DNA of 64,000 bases from Candidatus Methanosuratincola verstraetei. Its GTDB lineage: Archaea > Thermoproteota > Methanomethylicia > Methanomethylicales > Methanomethylicaceae. The position numbers and the translations under genes are program-made. A model generated the notes under the pieces. That model had not been told where the DNA came from and ran no database searches. It worked only from the letters and a program-made list of their open reading frames with translations. The DNA lies in contig CP186953.1 of assembly GCA_049570475.1 (NCBI GenBank), positions 320,001 to 384,000 of the forward strand, written 5' to 3'. Position 1 is the first letter of the stretch. The number at the start of each line of letters is the position of its first letter. Of this stretch, positions 36,282 through 46,193 are shown piece by piece.

Positions 36282-36898
36282 TGGATCCGTTCCAGATTGC
36301 CTTCGCCTTCTCGCTTGGCTTTGCAAGCGCGGCCACGCCGTGCGTCTTGCCCATCGTGCCGGGATACCTTGCATTTGTGTTTGGTTCGGATAAATCCGAT
36401 CTGGTTAGGGGATCGCTAGTCGTTTACTTAGGCGTCATGGCAGGCGGGACTTTGACTGCAGCAGTAATCGGGTTGGCTGGGGAGGCCCTGGGCGGCAAGT
36501 GGTTCCTTGGCGCCTCAGCGGTGATAATTTCATTGGTCATAATAGACTCGATTTTCACGCACAGACTGAGAACAGTGCCGGTTGGGTTTTTGAGGGGAAG
36601 GAAGGGCACAGTAGCGGGATTCCTTTTTGGCATGCTTATCATGCTGATTGCCGCGCCTTGCATCCTACCTCTGCTGGCTGCGCTCTCAATATACGCCTTA
36701 ACCTTGGAAGAGATCGCAACAAGGTTCGCGATTCTGATGGCATACTCAGCCGGTCTAGGGTTGCCATTCGTCTTAATGGGCGCATTCGTGAATGCGGGCA
36801 AGAGATTGATTAGGATCTCGAGGTGGTCGAAGGCTGTTCAGGCTTTTGTGCTCTTCGCGACCCTCGCATGGATCCTCTGGTCCCTTCTGGCTGCCTAG
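36281..36898 (+). CDS. ccdA: CcdA/DsbD-beta membrane electron transporter
   Basis: TPCVLP and APCILP, YSAGLGLP. Confidence 0.85.
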   Translation: MDPFQIAFAFSLGFASAATPCVLPIVPGYLAFVFGSDKSDLVRGSLVVYLGVMAGGTLTAAVIGLAGEALGGKWFLGASAVIISLVIIDSIFTHRLRTVPVGFLRGRKGTVAGFLFGMLIMLIAAPCILPLLAALSIYALTLEEIATRFAILMAYSAGLGLPFVLMGAFVNAGKRLIRISRWSKAVQAFVLFATLAWILWSLLAA

Positions 36899-37128
36899 GG
36901 CGATCCCACAAGGGTAGTCGACTGTATTGATCCCGGTACTCTCCTTATCTGGGTCACTATCTCGTCTAGCGCATTCAGGTCGTCGACCTCGAGCCTTATG
37001 AAGACGTCAAACTCCCCATAAACTGCCCTGCACTCGGTTACGCCCTTGAGCTTCTTGATCTCCTTTATTATCTCGTACTCCTTGCCCGTATCGGTAACCA
37101 GGAGCATATACGCAATCACGCCTGCCAT
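36895..37128 (-). CDS. Stand-alone Lrp/AsnC ligand-binding (RAM) domain
   Basis: VYGEFDV..RLE; 77 aa. Confidence 0.85.
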   Translation of the reverse strand: MAGVIAYMLLVTDTGKEYEIIKEIKKLKGVTECRAVYGEFDVFIRLEVDDLNALDEIVTQIRRVPGSIQSTTLVGSP

Positions 37129-37302
37129 TGACAATACCCCCTTCAGATTAGTCGCATAGTTCTTTTTTAACCCTTCCGTCTGGACTTCCCTCATAGGGCT
37201 GGAAACAGAACAAGCAGGCTAAGATCGATGGAAGCGCATTCTAGGTTAAACAGGAAGCAATATCAAAAAGCAAAAAGCACATAGAGACAGGGATGGGCAA
37301 GA

Positions 37303-37854
37303 ATGAAGGTGATAGTGGGCATAACTGGTGCAAGCGGGACAATATACGGGTACAGGCTCCTCCAGATTCTCAAAGAGCGCGGGGTTGAAACTGCGACAAT
37401 AATCTCAGAGTACGCGGTAAAGATACTTCAGATGGAGGACGCCAAGTCAGTGGAGGACCTGGCCGAGTTCGGGGAGGTGTACAGCAACTCGGATCTGATG
37501 GCGCCGACTGCAAGCGGGAGTTGCAGGTTCGACGCAATGGTAATAGCCCCGTGCACCATGAAGACTCTCGCAGAGATCGCGAATGGGCTGTCTTCAAGCC
37601 TGATCTCGAGGACTGCGGATGTGGCGCTCAAGGAGAGGAGGAAGCTCATACTCGTGACCAGGGAGACCCCCCTCAGCCTAGTCCACATAAAGAACATGTT
37701 GAAGGTTACCTCTGCAGGCGCTGTCGTTCTCCCAGCATCGCCAGGGTTCTACCACAAACCGGAGACGATCGAGGGCCTGGTGGACTACATAGTAGGCAAG
37801 GTGCTGGATCAGCTCGGCATAGAGCATGACCTGTTCAGGAGGTGGGGGACGTAG
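37303..37854 (+). CDS. ubiX: Flavin prenyltransferase
   Basis: GITGASG, ASGS, APCTMKT, RETP, PGFY. Confidence 0.95.
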   Translation: MKVIVGITGASGTIYGYRLLQILKERGVETATIISEYAVKILQMEDAKSVEDLAEFGEVYSNSDLMAPTASGSCRFDAMVIAPCTMKTLAEIANGLSSSLISRTADVALKERRKLILVTRETPLSLVHIKNMLKVTSAGAVVLPASPGFYHKPETIEGLVDYIVGKVLDQLGIEHDLFRRWGT

Positions 37855-38227
37855 AGGCAGTGCTTGACAGGCCAGCCTCCCTCATGAGTTCAATGAGGAT
37901 GTCAGTGCAGGCCAAAGCGTTGTTCACAAGCATCGAGATCTCCTCTTTGGTGGCGTTTTCGACATGGATGCCTGAAACCGCGAGGCACCTCTTCCCTGTT
38001 GCCCTGCTGACCTTCTCGGAAACCTGGTGCGAAACCACGAAGTCCTTGTGTAGGGGGATAGAGAAGGAGACTGCCGAGGCTGGCGGATCCGACAGCGAAA
38101 ACCCCCCGATGTGCGGCATCTCTCCGCCACCTACATAAACGATTATGCCGTCCCCTGCTTGGATGGCCTCGGCGAAGATCCTGTAGCGCCCTTTGCCGAA
38201 ACTAGCAGTAATGCCCATTCCGACCAC
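37835..38227 (-). CDS. LpdD-like (prFMN-associated) protein
   Basis: GGGEMPHIGG, HKD, SGIHVENATKEEI. Confidence 0.7.
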   Translation of the reverse strand: MVGMGITASFGKGRYRIFAEAIQAGDGIIVYVGGGEMPHIGGFSLSDPPASAVSFSIPLHKDFVVSHQVSEKVSRATGKRCLAVSGIHVENATKEEISMLVNNALACTDILIELMREAGLSSTASTSPTS

Positions 38228-39382
38228 TCAGACTATCCAGTCCTTGCTAGCCAGCTTCTCAGGCAGGTAGACGTCGGAGAGGAACCTGAAGCCCTTGGAT
38301 GACTTGGCTTCGATCTCTGCCTTGACGCGGCGCTCCAGGAAGAGGTGGATCTCCTGTCGCCAGCGCTTGGAGTCATAGAACCACGGGTACCTCGGCTTCT
38401 TCGTCTTTTGATCCCTTACGAGCAGCTCCTTTGCCCTCTTTATGTCCATCTCGTTAGCCTTTATGAGGTGGTCCTTCGGGACTTCATACTTCTCGAGGTC
38501 AGTCATAGTGAGCCCCAAGAACTTCGCCTCTGGGCAGGCCAGCCGGAAGGATTCGTAGGAGAGGCTGATGCTTCCTGCCCTGTAGGTTGAGTATATGTAC
38601 CACCCGAATGGGTCGGCATCGGTCAGGACGTAGACGGGCAACCCCCACTCCTCGTTGAGGCGCCTGACCATCCTCCGGGTTGCCCGGTCTGCCTGGCCCT
38701 TCCCAGTGATCAGGACGCACTTGTTCCTCCTCCAGAACTCATAGTCATTGAGGCGCTGGAATATTGCGTCCTTCTCGACAACCAAGACGTATTCAGCGTC
38801 GACGCTCACTATCTGGATCTGGTCGCAAAGTGAGGGTATGTTGAACGCGCCAATCCCGAATTTGGAGCAGTCGATCTTGTTCCCCTTGGACTGGAGGACC
38901 ACATCGCCCACCAGCGCACCCCTAGACTCCGCCACAACGCCCATCTGCTCCCGGAGCAGCCCGGTCATGACTTCAATGTCTTGGAATATGTTGTTGGACT
39001 CGTCTTGGCTGTTGAAAGTCTCTATGTTTGTGCCTTCAATAGTGTGGAGCGTGTAGTAATAGAGGTCCCTTATGGTCGGGTGATCGTCGTGCTGGAGGGC
39101 CTCATATATGCCTCTCGCGAGAAGCAGGGTCTGCATGAACGACCTCACTTCGCTGATGTCATTGAACCTGCGCTCGCTCACCCTCTCCCCGAGCGTCAGG
39201 ATCTTGCGATTCTCGTCGTAGACGGTATTGGAGGCGGTCCTCACAGGGATCCTTAGCACTGGCGGCTTCGACTCTGCTATGTCAGACGCCAAGTTCATGA
39301 AGATCTGGCGGAGCTTCTTGGCAGAGTCGTCGAAGGTCTCAAGCGGGCGCAAGTTCTGCTCGGGCTTTCTGTTCTTGACCAC
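38228..39382 (-). CDS. top6A: DNA topoisomerase VI subunit A
   Basis: RDLYY, VVEKDA, TGKG, DADP.G. Confidence 0.95.
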   Translation of the reverse strand: MVKNRKPEQNLRPLETFDDSAKKLRQIFMNLASDIAESKPPVLRIPVRTASNTVYDENRKILTLGERVSERRFNDISEVRSFMQTLLLARGIYEALQHDDHPTIRDLYYYTLHTIEGTNIETFNSQDESNNIFQDIEVMTGLLREQMGVVAESRGALVGDVVLQSKGNKIDCSKFGIGAFNIPSLCDQIQIVSVDAEYVLVVEKDAIFQRLNDYEFWRRNKCVLITGKGQADRATRRMVRRLNEEWGLPVYVLTDADPFGWYIYSTYRAGSISLSYESFRLACPEAKFLGLTMTDLEKYEVPKDHLIKANEMDIKRAKELLVRDQKTKKPRYPWFYDSKRWRQEIHLFLERRVKAEIEAKSSKGFRFLSDVYLPEKLASKDWIV

Positions 39383-39386
39383 ACGA

Positions 39387-41333
39387 TCACCTCAAGTATT
39401 CCTCAAGTGTGAACTGCTGCTTCTTCGTCTTCGGGGGCGGCGGGATCTTCGCGATCTCCTCGACCTTCTTTTCCGGGCAGGGCTGCGGGGGTCCGGAAGC
39501 GTTAATCGGCAGGGTTGGCGCTTCTTGCTTGGGTTTGTGCGCTGTTTTGGCTCTTTGCTTCGACTTTATCGATTCCATCAGCTTTTCGAAGATCAGCGCT
39601 TGATCCTGCCCGGTAAGGACAGACATGTCCCTGGCGATCTCCTTAGCATAGATCTGGAATATGCTCTGCCTGTGCTGCTCGTGTTCCTGCCTTTGGCGGT
39701 GAGAGATGTACCCCTGGATCATTCTCCCGAGGCTCTGCAGTGCTAGCCTGAGCTGCTCGCGGATCTCCTCGTGGTAGGCCACGGCGAACTTCCCAGGAAC
39801 CGAGTATGGCACCTTGGTGGAAACCAGCGAGACTATAATCACGAGCGGTGCCATCGGGAGGTTACCCTCGTCCTGGGGGAGCTTGTAGTTCCTCCAGTTT
39901 ATCTCCTTCACAACCTTGTACAGGAGGCAGTCCTTTGAGTCGTATATGAGCGGGCATTTGTTCGCAAGGCGGATAACCCTCGATTTGAAGACGCCCTCCT
40001 TGACCCGCTCGCAGTCCTCGATCACCGACTGCCCGCCGTAGGCTGCCCCGACCTCGATCTGGAAAGGTACGCCGCGGTATGACCAAGGTTCCCTCGATGC
40101 GGTGCAGATGAACTCCGCATCAGGGTAGATCCTCCTTATCGACTGGCGGAGTGCATCCTCCCCTATCGGGCTGAGCACATCAAGCGGCGGGCGCATCAGA
40201 TCGCCTTCCCTTGCGGCCTTGAGCAGGGCCTCTACGTCGATCTCCTTTGGTGGGGAGGATGGGGCAAGCCCTGAAGCCTTCAGCAGCTCCTCTGCCTTCG
40301 CTTCGGAGATCCTGACGAAGTGCCTCACCAAGAACTGCTTGGCTGTAGCGCAGCAGGTGTCGTTTGACCTCATCTCAAGCAGAGCCCCGGGCTCCATTGA
40401 GAGGAGGTGGGGCCTGATCTCCTTCGGGGGCGGGGGGAGGGTTTCATTTGCCCTCTTGAAGTGGAGCACCTTGGGCTCCTGACCCGGCTGGGCAACGACC
40501 GTGAACTTAAGGTCGGCATGCGGGTTTGCGAGCGATAGCTCCTTAATGAAGGACTCCACCTTTTGGGTGTAGTCCCCTGCAATCATGAGCTCGACCCTTG
40601 TCCCGTGGGGCCTTGGGAAGTCCACCTCTTCAGATGACACAAGCACGGGGGAGTTCTTCTCGGTGTCTATCTTGAGGACAACGCGAAATGCCTTCGGATC
40701 GGACTCGGTCTTTGTCGTGATCACGGCTGGCTCAAGGGATGTGAGCTGGGCATATATAATCGCAGCGTGGACGCCCAGCCCCTGCTGCCCGCGGGACTGC
40801 TTGAATGAGAAGAACTTCGAGCCGTAAAGGACGCTGCCGAAGCACTTTGCAACCTTGCTCTTCAGGACCCCGCAGCCGTTGTCCTCAACCACAAGCTTGA
40901 AGACCGGGAAGATCCTGACGCTGCCGTCCTTGGTCTTATTTGTGACCACTTCGTACTTCTTCGTGGTGGCAGTCAGTTCCACACTGACCTCTGGCAGCAC
41001 GCCCATCGCTTCGCAGGCGTCAAGCGAATTGTCCATCAGCTCCTTGATCGTCTGGACAAGCGCGTGCTCCGGATCACCAAAACCCAGCTGTCCCAGGTTC
41101 TGGCGGTAGTACTGGGCAGGGTTTACCGCCCGCATCTTCCTGGCTTCAATCTCTGCGGCGGTGAGCAGCTCCTTGTGGACGGGCTTGGCGCGCTTCCTCT
41201 TCGCAGCGCCAGCCTTTACACTAGGAGTTGCCTTCTTTTGCGCCTTGCCCTGTGCCCCAATATCCGGAGTAGGAATAGCCTCCACCAACAATAGACCCTC
41301 GCATTGCGGAATGCCAGAATTTTCGCTTACCAC
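39387..41333 (-). CDS. top6B: DNA topoisomerase VI subunit B
   Basis: KELMDNSLDA, EDNG.G, QSRGQQGLG, HGT, ANK.PL. Confidence 0.95.
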   Translation of the reverse strand: MVSENSGIPQCEGLLLVEAIPTPDIGAQGKAQKKATPSVKAGAAKRKRAKPVHKELLTAAEIEARKMRAVNPAQYYRQNLGQLGFGDPEHALVQTIKELMDNSLDACEAMGVLPEVSVELTATTKKYEVVTNKTKDGSVRIFPVFKLVVEDNGCGVLKSKVAKCFGSVLYGSKFFSFKQSRGQQGLGVHAAIIYAQLTSLEPAVITTKTESDPKAFRVVLKIDTEKNSPVLVSSEEVDFPRPHGTRVELMIAGDYTQKVESFIKELSLANPHADLKFTVVAQPGQEPKVLHFKRANETLPPPPKEIRPHLLSMEPGALLEMRSNDTCCATAKQFLVRHFVRISEAKAEELLKASGLAPSSPPKEIDVEALLKAAREGDLMRPPLDVLSPIGEDALRQSIRRIYPDAEFICTASREPWSYRGVPFQIEVGAAYGGQSVIEDCERVKEGVFKSRVIRLANKCPLIYDSKDCLLYKVVKEINWRNYKLPQDEGNLPMAPLVIIVSLVSTKVPYSVPGKFAVAYHEEIREQLRLALQSLGRMIQGYISHRQRQEHEQHRQSIFQIYAKEIARDMSVLTGQDQALIFEKLMESIKSKQRAKTAHKPKQEAPTLPINASGPPQPCPEKKVEEIAKIPPPPKTKKQQFTLEEYLR

Positions 41334-41375
41334 TAATTGTGGGAACGTATTTATCGTTTCCCGGGGGTCGGAGGA

Positions 41376-42923
41376 TCAGAATCCCGGCAGCTCCTCCAAT
41401 AGCATCCCCTCGATCATGAACGGCGGTTCACGCATTGACAGGCTGACCGCTTCCCTGAGCTTCGAGGGCCTGTTCGCATAGATCTCCACCACAGGGTCAC
41501 CCTTCTTCACCGAATACCCCATCTTGGCATAGAGCTTAACGCCTGCCCCCTTATCCATAGGGGCTCCCGCTGCGCGTGCTATGGCATTTATAGACCTGTT
41601 GCTTATGCTGCTGACATATCCGTCAATTGGGGCGGTTATCACATAGCGGGAGGATCCGAGCGGGATGTCTTCGGGCTTTATGTCAGGGTTTCCCCCCTGG
41701 TGGGCGATGATCTCACGCATCTTCTTGTAAGCCTTCCCGCTCCTCAGGATCTCCTTGGCCACATCCTGGCCGTTCCCCCTCGAGGCGATTCCGTTCATCT
41801 CTAAGAGCATCCCTGCCAAGGAGGTTGACTTCTCGATGAGGCTATTGGGGCCTCCCCCCATGAGTGTTTCGAGCGCCTCTCTCGCCTCGAGCGCAGGGCC
41901 CACGGTGTGACCTACGGGCTGGCCTCCATAGGTAATGCCGCACCTTACCCTTATGCCAAGCCGGTTCCCGAGCTCGATGAAGTCATTGCCAAGCTTCCTT
42001 GCAGTCTCAAAGTCCTCCACTTTCGCGCCTCTGCCCGTCGGGATGTCCAGGACCAGCGTGCTCACCCCGACTGCTAGCTTTTTGGACATTATCGAGGCCA
42101 TCATCTGCGGGCGGGGATCGATCGAGAGCGGGTGCTCCACCCTTATGAAAAGGTCGTCAGCAGGCGCGAGGTTGAGCGACCCTCCCCAGGCTATATAACC
42201 CCCCACGTCCCGGAGGAGCCTCTTCAGCTCATCCTCCATGAACTCCACAGGCGCCAAGATCTCCATGGTGTCCGCGGTGCCTGATGGGCTGGTTATGGCA
42301 CGGCTGCTGGTTTTCGGGATCTTCAGCCCCGCAGCCGCAACTATTGGGACTATGAGCAGCGTGACCTTGTTTCCTGGCACGCCTCCTATCGAGTGCTTGT
42401 CCACTACCTGCTCTCCGAAGTCGATCGTCTTCCCGGTCTCCACCATCGCCTTGGTGAGGCTCTCTATCTCGTCCATATCCATGCCTACGTACTCCTCAGC
42501 CATGAGGAAAGCAGCTACCTCCAGCTTGCTCAGGTTGTGGAAGACCGTGTCCTTCACAATCGAGTGGATCTCGCTTTTCGTGAGGGGCTTGCCTTTCATC
42601 TTCTTCCTTATGAACTCGACTGAAGTAGGGGTGGGGGCGACAGAGACTTCAACCAGATCTCCCTCATTGATCGGGAATTCGTTGAAATCCTCGTAGAACC
42701 CAATCTCGCCCTTCTCAACCACAGTCTGGGAGATGTCAAGCATTGCGACAGTCCGCTGGAATCCCTTGGTTACGACCACGCGGTCGTGGATCCGCAGCAT
42801 CATCTCCTCAGCGTCGGACTCGTTGATTATAACATTCTTTTCCCCTGTCTTGATCCGTATGAGCCTTGCCCTGAATTTCTGCTGCGCAGGCTGCATTTCA
42901 TTCCCCAATTTGTCGGCTGACAT
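41376..42923 (-). CDS. deoA: AMP phosphorylase (thymidine phosphorylase family)
   Basis: DKHSIGGVPGNK, KTSSRAITSPSGTAD. Confidence 0.93.
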   Translation of the reverse strand: MSADKLGNEMQPAQQKFRARLIRIKTGEKNVIINESDAEEMMLRIHDRVVVTKGFQRTVAMLDISQTVVEKGEIGFYEDFNEFPINEGDLVEVSVAPTPTSVEFIRKKMKGKPLTKSEIHSIVKDTVFHNLSKLEVAAFLMAEEYVGMDMDEIESLTKAMVETGKTIDFGEQVVDKHSIGGVPGNKVTLLIVPIVAAAGLKIPKTSSRAITSPSGTADTMEILAPVEFMEDELKRLLRDVGGYIAWGGSLNLAPADDLFIRVEHPLSIDPRPQMMASIMSKKLAVGVSTLVLDIPTGRGAKVEDFETARKLGNDFIELGNRLGIRVRCGITYGGQPVGHTVGPALEAREALETLMGGGPNSLIEKSTSLAGMLLEMNGIASRGNGQDVAKEILRSGKAYKKMREIIAHQGGNPDIKPEDIPLGSSRYVITAPIDGYVSSISNRSINAIARAAGAPMDKGAGVKLYAKMGYSVKKGDPVVEIYANRPSKLREAVSLSMREPPFMIEGMLLEELPGF

Positions 42924-42928
42924 TGCAT

Positions 42929-44242
42929 TCAGTCCTCCGACAGCCGCTTTTCGCCCCACCGCTCCAGTGCAATCCTGAGCTCTTCATGGGACTTGGCATA
43001 CTCATCCAATGGGATCCCTTTCACGCAGGCGTCGATCGCCTGCCTCATTGCGGCCGCGCCGGCTCTTGTCCCCCTCGGGTGGCCATGGATCCCCCCGCCC
43101 GCATTTATGACAAAGTCGTTGCCGAAGACGCGGTAGTTGGCAGGAACGAAGCCAGGGTGGATTCCTCCGGAGGCGACCGGGAAGACCATCCTCTTCCCGT
43201 GCCATTCTGATCTCAGGAAGTCAATTATCCGGTTGAGCTCGGTCCTTGCGCCCTCCTCGCCGCCCATCTTGCCGGCGCCGGATCCGACATGTAGCTGGTC
43301 TCCGCCAAGGAGCCTTGCAATCTTTGCAAGAACGAGCATCGATATGCCGTGCTTCGGGTTCCGGGTAAATGCAGCATGCATTGCCCTGTGCATGTGGATC
43401 GGGACATGGAAGTCGTGCGACTTGATGAACCATTCGACTGTTGGCAGGCCCAGTATGACGATGTCCAGCATGAGCGTGTTTGCGCCGTTGTCTATTGCAG
43501 TCTCTGCATGCCTGACCATATCCTCCGGATCGGCAGTCACATTGACTGCAAAAAGCACATTCCGACCGGTCTCGGACTTTACCCGATCTAGCGCTTCCAT
43601 GACTCGGACTACCCTCTCCTGGAGCGGGCAGAACTTCTGGTTCACGAGCGTCTCGTCGTCCTTTATGAAGTCGACGCCGCCGATCGCGGCCTCGTAGCAG
43701 ACCTTTGCGGTCTGTTCTGGGTTGAGTCCGACCTTTGGCTTAACTATCGTCCCTAGGTGGGGGCGGGGCGAAGAGTCTGTCCCGACCAATCTCCTGACCC
43801 CTTCAATTCCAACCCTGGGACCGGGATACATGCCAACAACTTCCCCAGGGAAGTCGATATCCACCAGCCTCACGTTCTTCAGCGCGGAGAGGCCGAAGAG
43901 GTTTCCAGCCACCATGCTCAGCACGTTGGCAATGCCGCTGGTCTCCAGGTCGAAGAGGTCAAGCGGATAAGCGACCCATACGAAACCAGCACCCCCCGAC
44001 CCCTCTGTTCTGAATACCTTTGCAGGCAGGCGGCTCCTTACCCACTCATTGGTAGTGGTTATCTCAGTCCAGGTCCCTATGGACTCCTCGGTTGCGATCG
44101 CGATCCCCGAGGCCTTCAGATCGAGTTCGCTCTCTACATAGTACTTTGCTATTATGTACTTCTCAGGGTCTATCGACTCTGGTGTAGTGTAAAAGATTTC
44201 ATCCAGGTAGATCCCTTTCTTGCTGGTCCCTTGCGCCATCAA
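42929..44242 (-). CDS. rbcL: RuBisCO, form III-type
   Basis: KPKVG, DFIKDDE, HMHRAMH, GKM loop 6, SGG, GGGIHGHP. Confidence 0.93.
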   Translation of the reverse strand: MMAQGTSKKGIYLDEIFYTTPESIDPEKYIIAKYYVESELDLKASGIAIATEESIGTWTEITTTNEWVRSRLPAKVFRTEGSGGAGFVWVAYPLDLFDLETSGIANVLSMVAGNLFGLSALKNVRLVDIDFPGEVVGMYPGPRVGIEGVRRLVGTDSSPRPHLGTIVKPKVGLNPEQTAKVCYEAAIGGVDFIKDDETLVNQKFCPLQERVVRVMEALDRVKSETGRNVLFAVNVTADPEDMVRHAETAIDNGANTLMLDIVILGLPTVEWFIKSHDFHVPIHMHRAMHAAFTRNPKHGISMLVLAKIARLLGGDQLHVGSGAGKMGGEEGARTELNRIIDFLRSEWHGKRMVFPVASGGIHPGFVPANYRVFGNDFVINAGGGIHGHPRGTRAGAAAMRQAIDACVKGIPLDEYAKSHEELRIALERWGEKRLSED

Positions 44243-44245
44243 TCA

Positions 44246-45229
44246 TCACCGCTCCTCCTCTTCAACAAAGACTCTCCCAGTCTGCTCCTCGCCAATTCTA
44301 TATCCGAACTCTTCCATTAATATCAATATTGCAGCCTGCGGAGGGATCACGCCCCGCTCAGTGATTATAGCGTCTATCATCTCCGCGGGCGTGATGTCGA
44401 ACGCAGGGTTGGCTATCTTCACATTACCCAGAGCTGCAACCTCTTCCTCAGGGACGACCTCAGTCGGGGGGCGCTCCTCGATCTCCACGAGCTCGCCAAG
44501 CATGGTCGAAGGGCTGAACTTGTAGGTTTCCGCACAGACGTAGACCCTGACCCTCGCCTCCTTTGCTGCAAGCGCAATCTGCGATGTGCCGATCTTGTTC
44601 ACGACAGCCCCGTTCGCGGTCACCACATCTGAGCCCACCACGACCTTGTCGACCTTGGGCATGAAGTACCTAGCGGCGGAGTCTACAATCAGCGTTACAG
44701 GTATGCCCGCCTCCGAGAGGGCCTTCGCAGTCAACCGGCCTTGGTACCTAGGGCGGGTCTCGGTCGCTATGACTGAGAAGTCTTTGCCCTGGCGCTTTGC
44801 CTCGATCAGTGTGGATATCGCGACCGAGCTGTTGCAGTGGGTCATCACGAGGTCGCCGTTCCTAATCCGCTTTGAACCGATCTCGCTTATCCGCTTCACG
44901 GCCTCGAATGAGGACTTCAAGAAGGCATCGCTGGCTTCTATAGTCGTCTGCCTCAGCACTTCGGTCGGGGCGCCATCCCTGTAGGCGCCGAGTACGCGGT
45001 GCCTTATGTAGTTCAGGGCATTTGCAAGGGAAACCGCTGTTGGCCTCGTGTTGATCAGCAACCGGTAGACCTCGTCGAAACCCTCCATATATGACGTGGC
45101 GTCAGGGGCCTTGCTTCCCAACGCATACGACTTCAGACCGCTGGCAGCAGCCCTACCGATCTCGGCAGCCCCCCTGATCCGCATAGACCTGATGTCCTCT
45201 GCAAGCCGGATTATCTCTTCACTTGCCAA
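44246..45229 (-). CDS. Ribose-1,5-bisphosphate isomerase
   Basis: IRGA, RPTAV, THCNS, ETRP, NKIGT, NPAFD; adjacent to rbcL. Confidence 0.92.
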   Translation of the reverse strand: MASEEIIRLAEDIRSMRIRGAAEIGRAAASGLKSYALGSKAPDATSYMEGFDEVYRLLINTRPTAVSLANALNYIRHRVLGAYRDGAPTEVLRQTTIEASDAFLKSSFEAVKRISEIGSKRIRNGDLVMTHCNSSVAISTLIEAKRQGKDFSVIATETRPRYQGRLTAKALSEAGIPVTLIVDSAARYFMPKVDKVVVGSDVVTANGAVVNKIGTSQIALAAKEARVRVYVCAETYKFSPSTMLGELVEIEERPPTEVVPEEEVAALGNVKIANPAFDITPAEMIDAIITERGVIPPQAAILILMEEFGYRIGEEQTGRVFVEEEER

Positions 45230-45287
45230 AAATAGACCTCCCGACCTGTAGTAGATCTCTGCCGGACATTATAAAAAGGTTGGTAGG

Positions 45288-46193
45288 TCATCGATCAGAG
45301 GCGAAATCCCGCAATAGTGCATCTGCAAGCAGAGGAGCTACCGAGACCGAGGCATAATCGTTGTCGATTGTGTCGGTCGTTATCAGCGAGTTTAGCCCGC
45401 CCTCCCTCAGCTTTGAATAGGCACCCTCTACAAGCAGGGAGTGGGTCACCAAAGCGTCTACCCTTCCAACACCGGATTCCTTCAGTTTCCCCAACACTTC
45501 CAAGATGGTCTTGCCAGTGCTAATCATGTCGTCGACGATTACGGCAGCACTGCACATGCCCCCCGAGAGGTCAGACACCCGGACTTCCCTGTCGCCTAAA
45601 CGCTCCTTCTCGAGGATGGTGCACACAGAGGGGATCACTTCTGCCACAGCCTTAGCCCACTGGGACGACTCGCTGTCAGGCCCCACAACCAGCACGCGAC
45701 CTCCTGGTGAATGCCTAAGGTAATTTTCAGCCAAGAGGGGCATTGCAGAGAGGTTCGTTGCCGGGACTTCGAATACCTCGTTTATTGTCCGGAACCTATG
45801 AAGGTGCAAGTCCACGGTGTAGACGGCATCTGTGCCTGAGGCCTCTATCAACCTGGCGAAGACCTTGGCACTCAGCGCCTCCCCCTCATTGAAGCGCTCA
45901 TCCTGCCTTGCATAGGCAAGGTAAGGGAAAACGCCGATAACCTGCCTGCAGCCCATCCCCCTTACAGCGTCCGCAATCAGCGAGTATTCGACCAAGAGGC
46001 TCCCTGGCGAGAGGGCAAATGACTGTACGATTGCCACATCCTTGCCGCTGACATTGCCGCATACGCGGACATACTGCTCCCCGTCGGGGAACTGCCTCCT
46101 CTTCACCTCAGCGAGGGGCGCCCCTGAGATCTGCGAGATCCTTCGGGCAAGCCTCTCGGCGCCGGATCCGTATGTCAACACAAGATTCCGCAA
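45288..46193 (-). CDS. prs: Ribose-phosphate pyrophosphokinase
   Basis: FPDGE, PYLAYARQD, DLH, VDDMISTG.T. Confidence 0.92.
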   Translation of the reverse strand: MRNLVLTYGSGAERLARRISQISGAPLAEVKRRQFPDGEQYVRVCGNVSGKDVAIVQSFALSPGSLLVEYSLIADAVRGMGCRQVIGVFPYLAYARQDERFNEGEALSAKVFARLIEASGTDAVYTVDLHLHRFRTINEVFEVPATNLSAMPLLAENYLRHSPGGRVLVVGPDSESSQWAKAVAEVIPSVCTILEKERLGDREVRVSDLSGGMCSAAVIVDDMISTGKTILEVLGKLKESGVGRVDALVTHSLLVEGAYSKLREGGLNSLITTDTIDNDYASVSVAPLLADALLRDFASDR

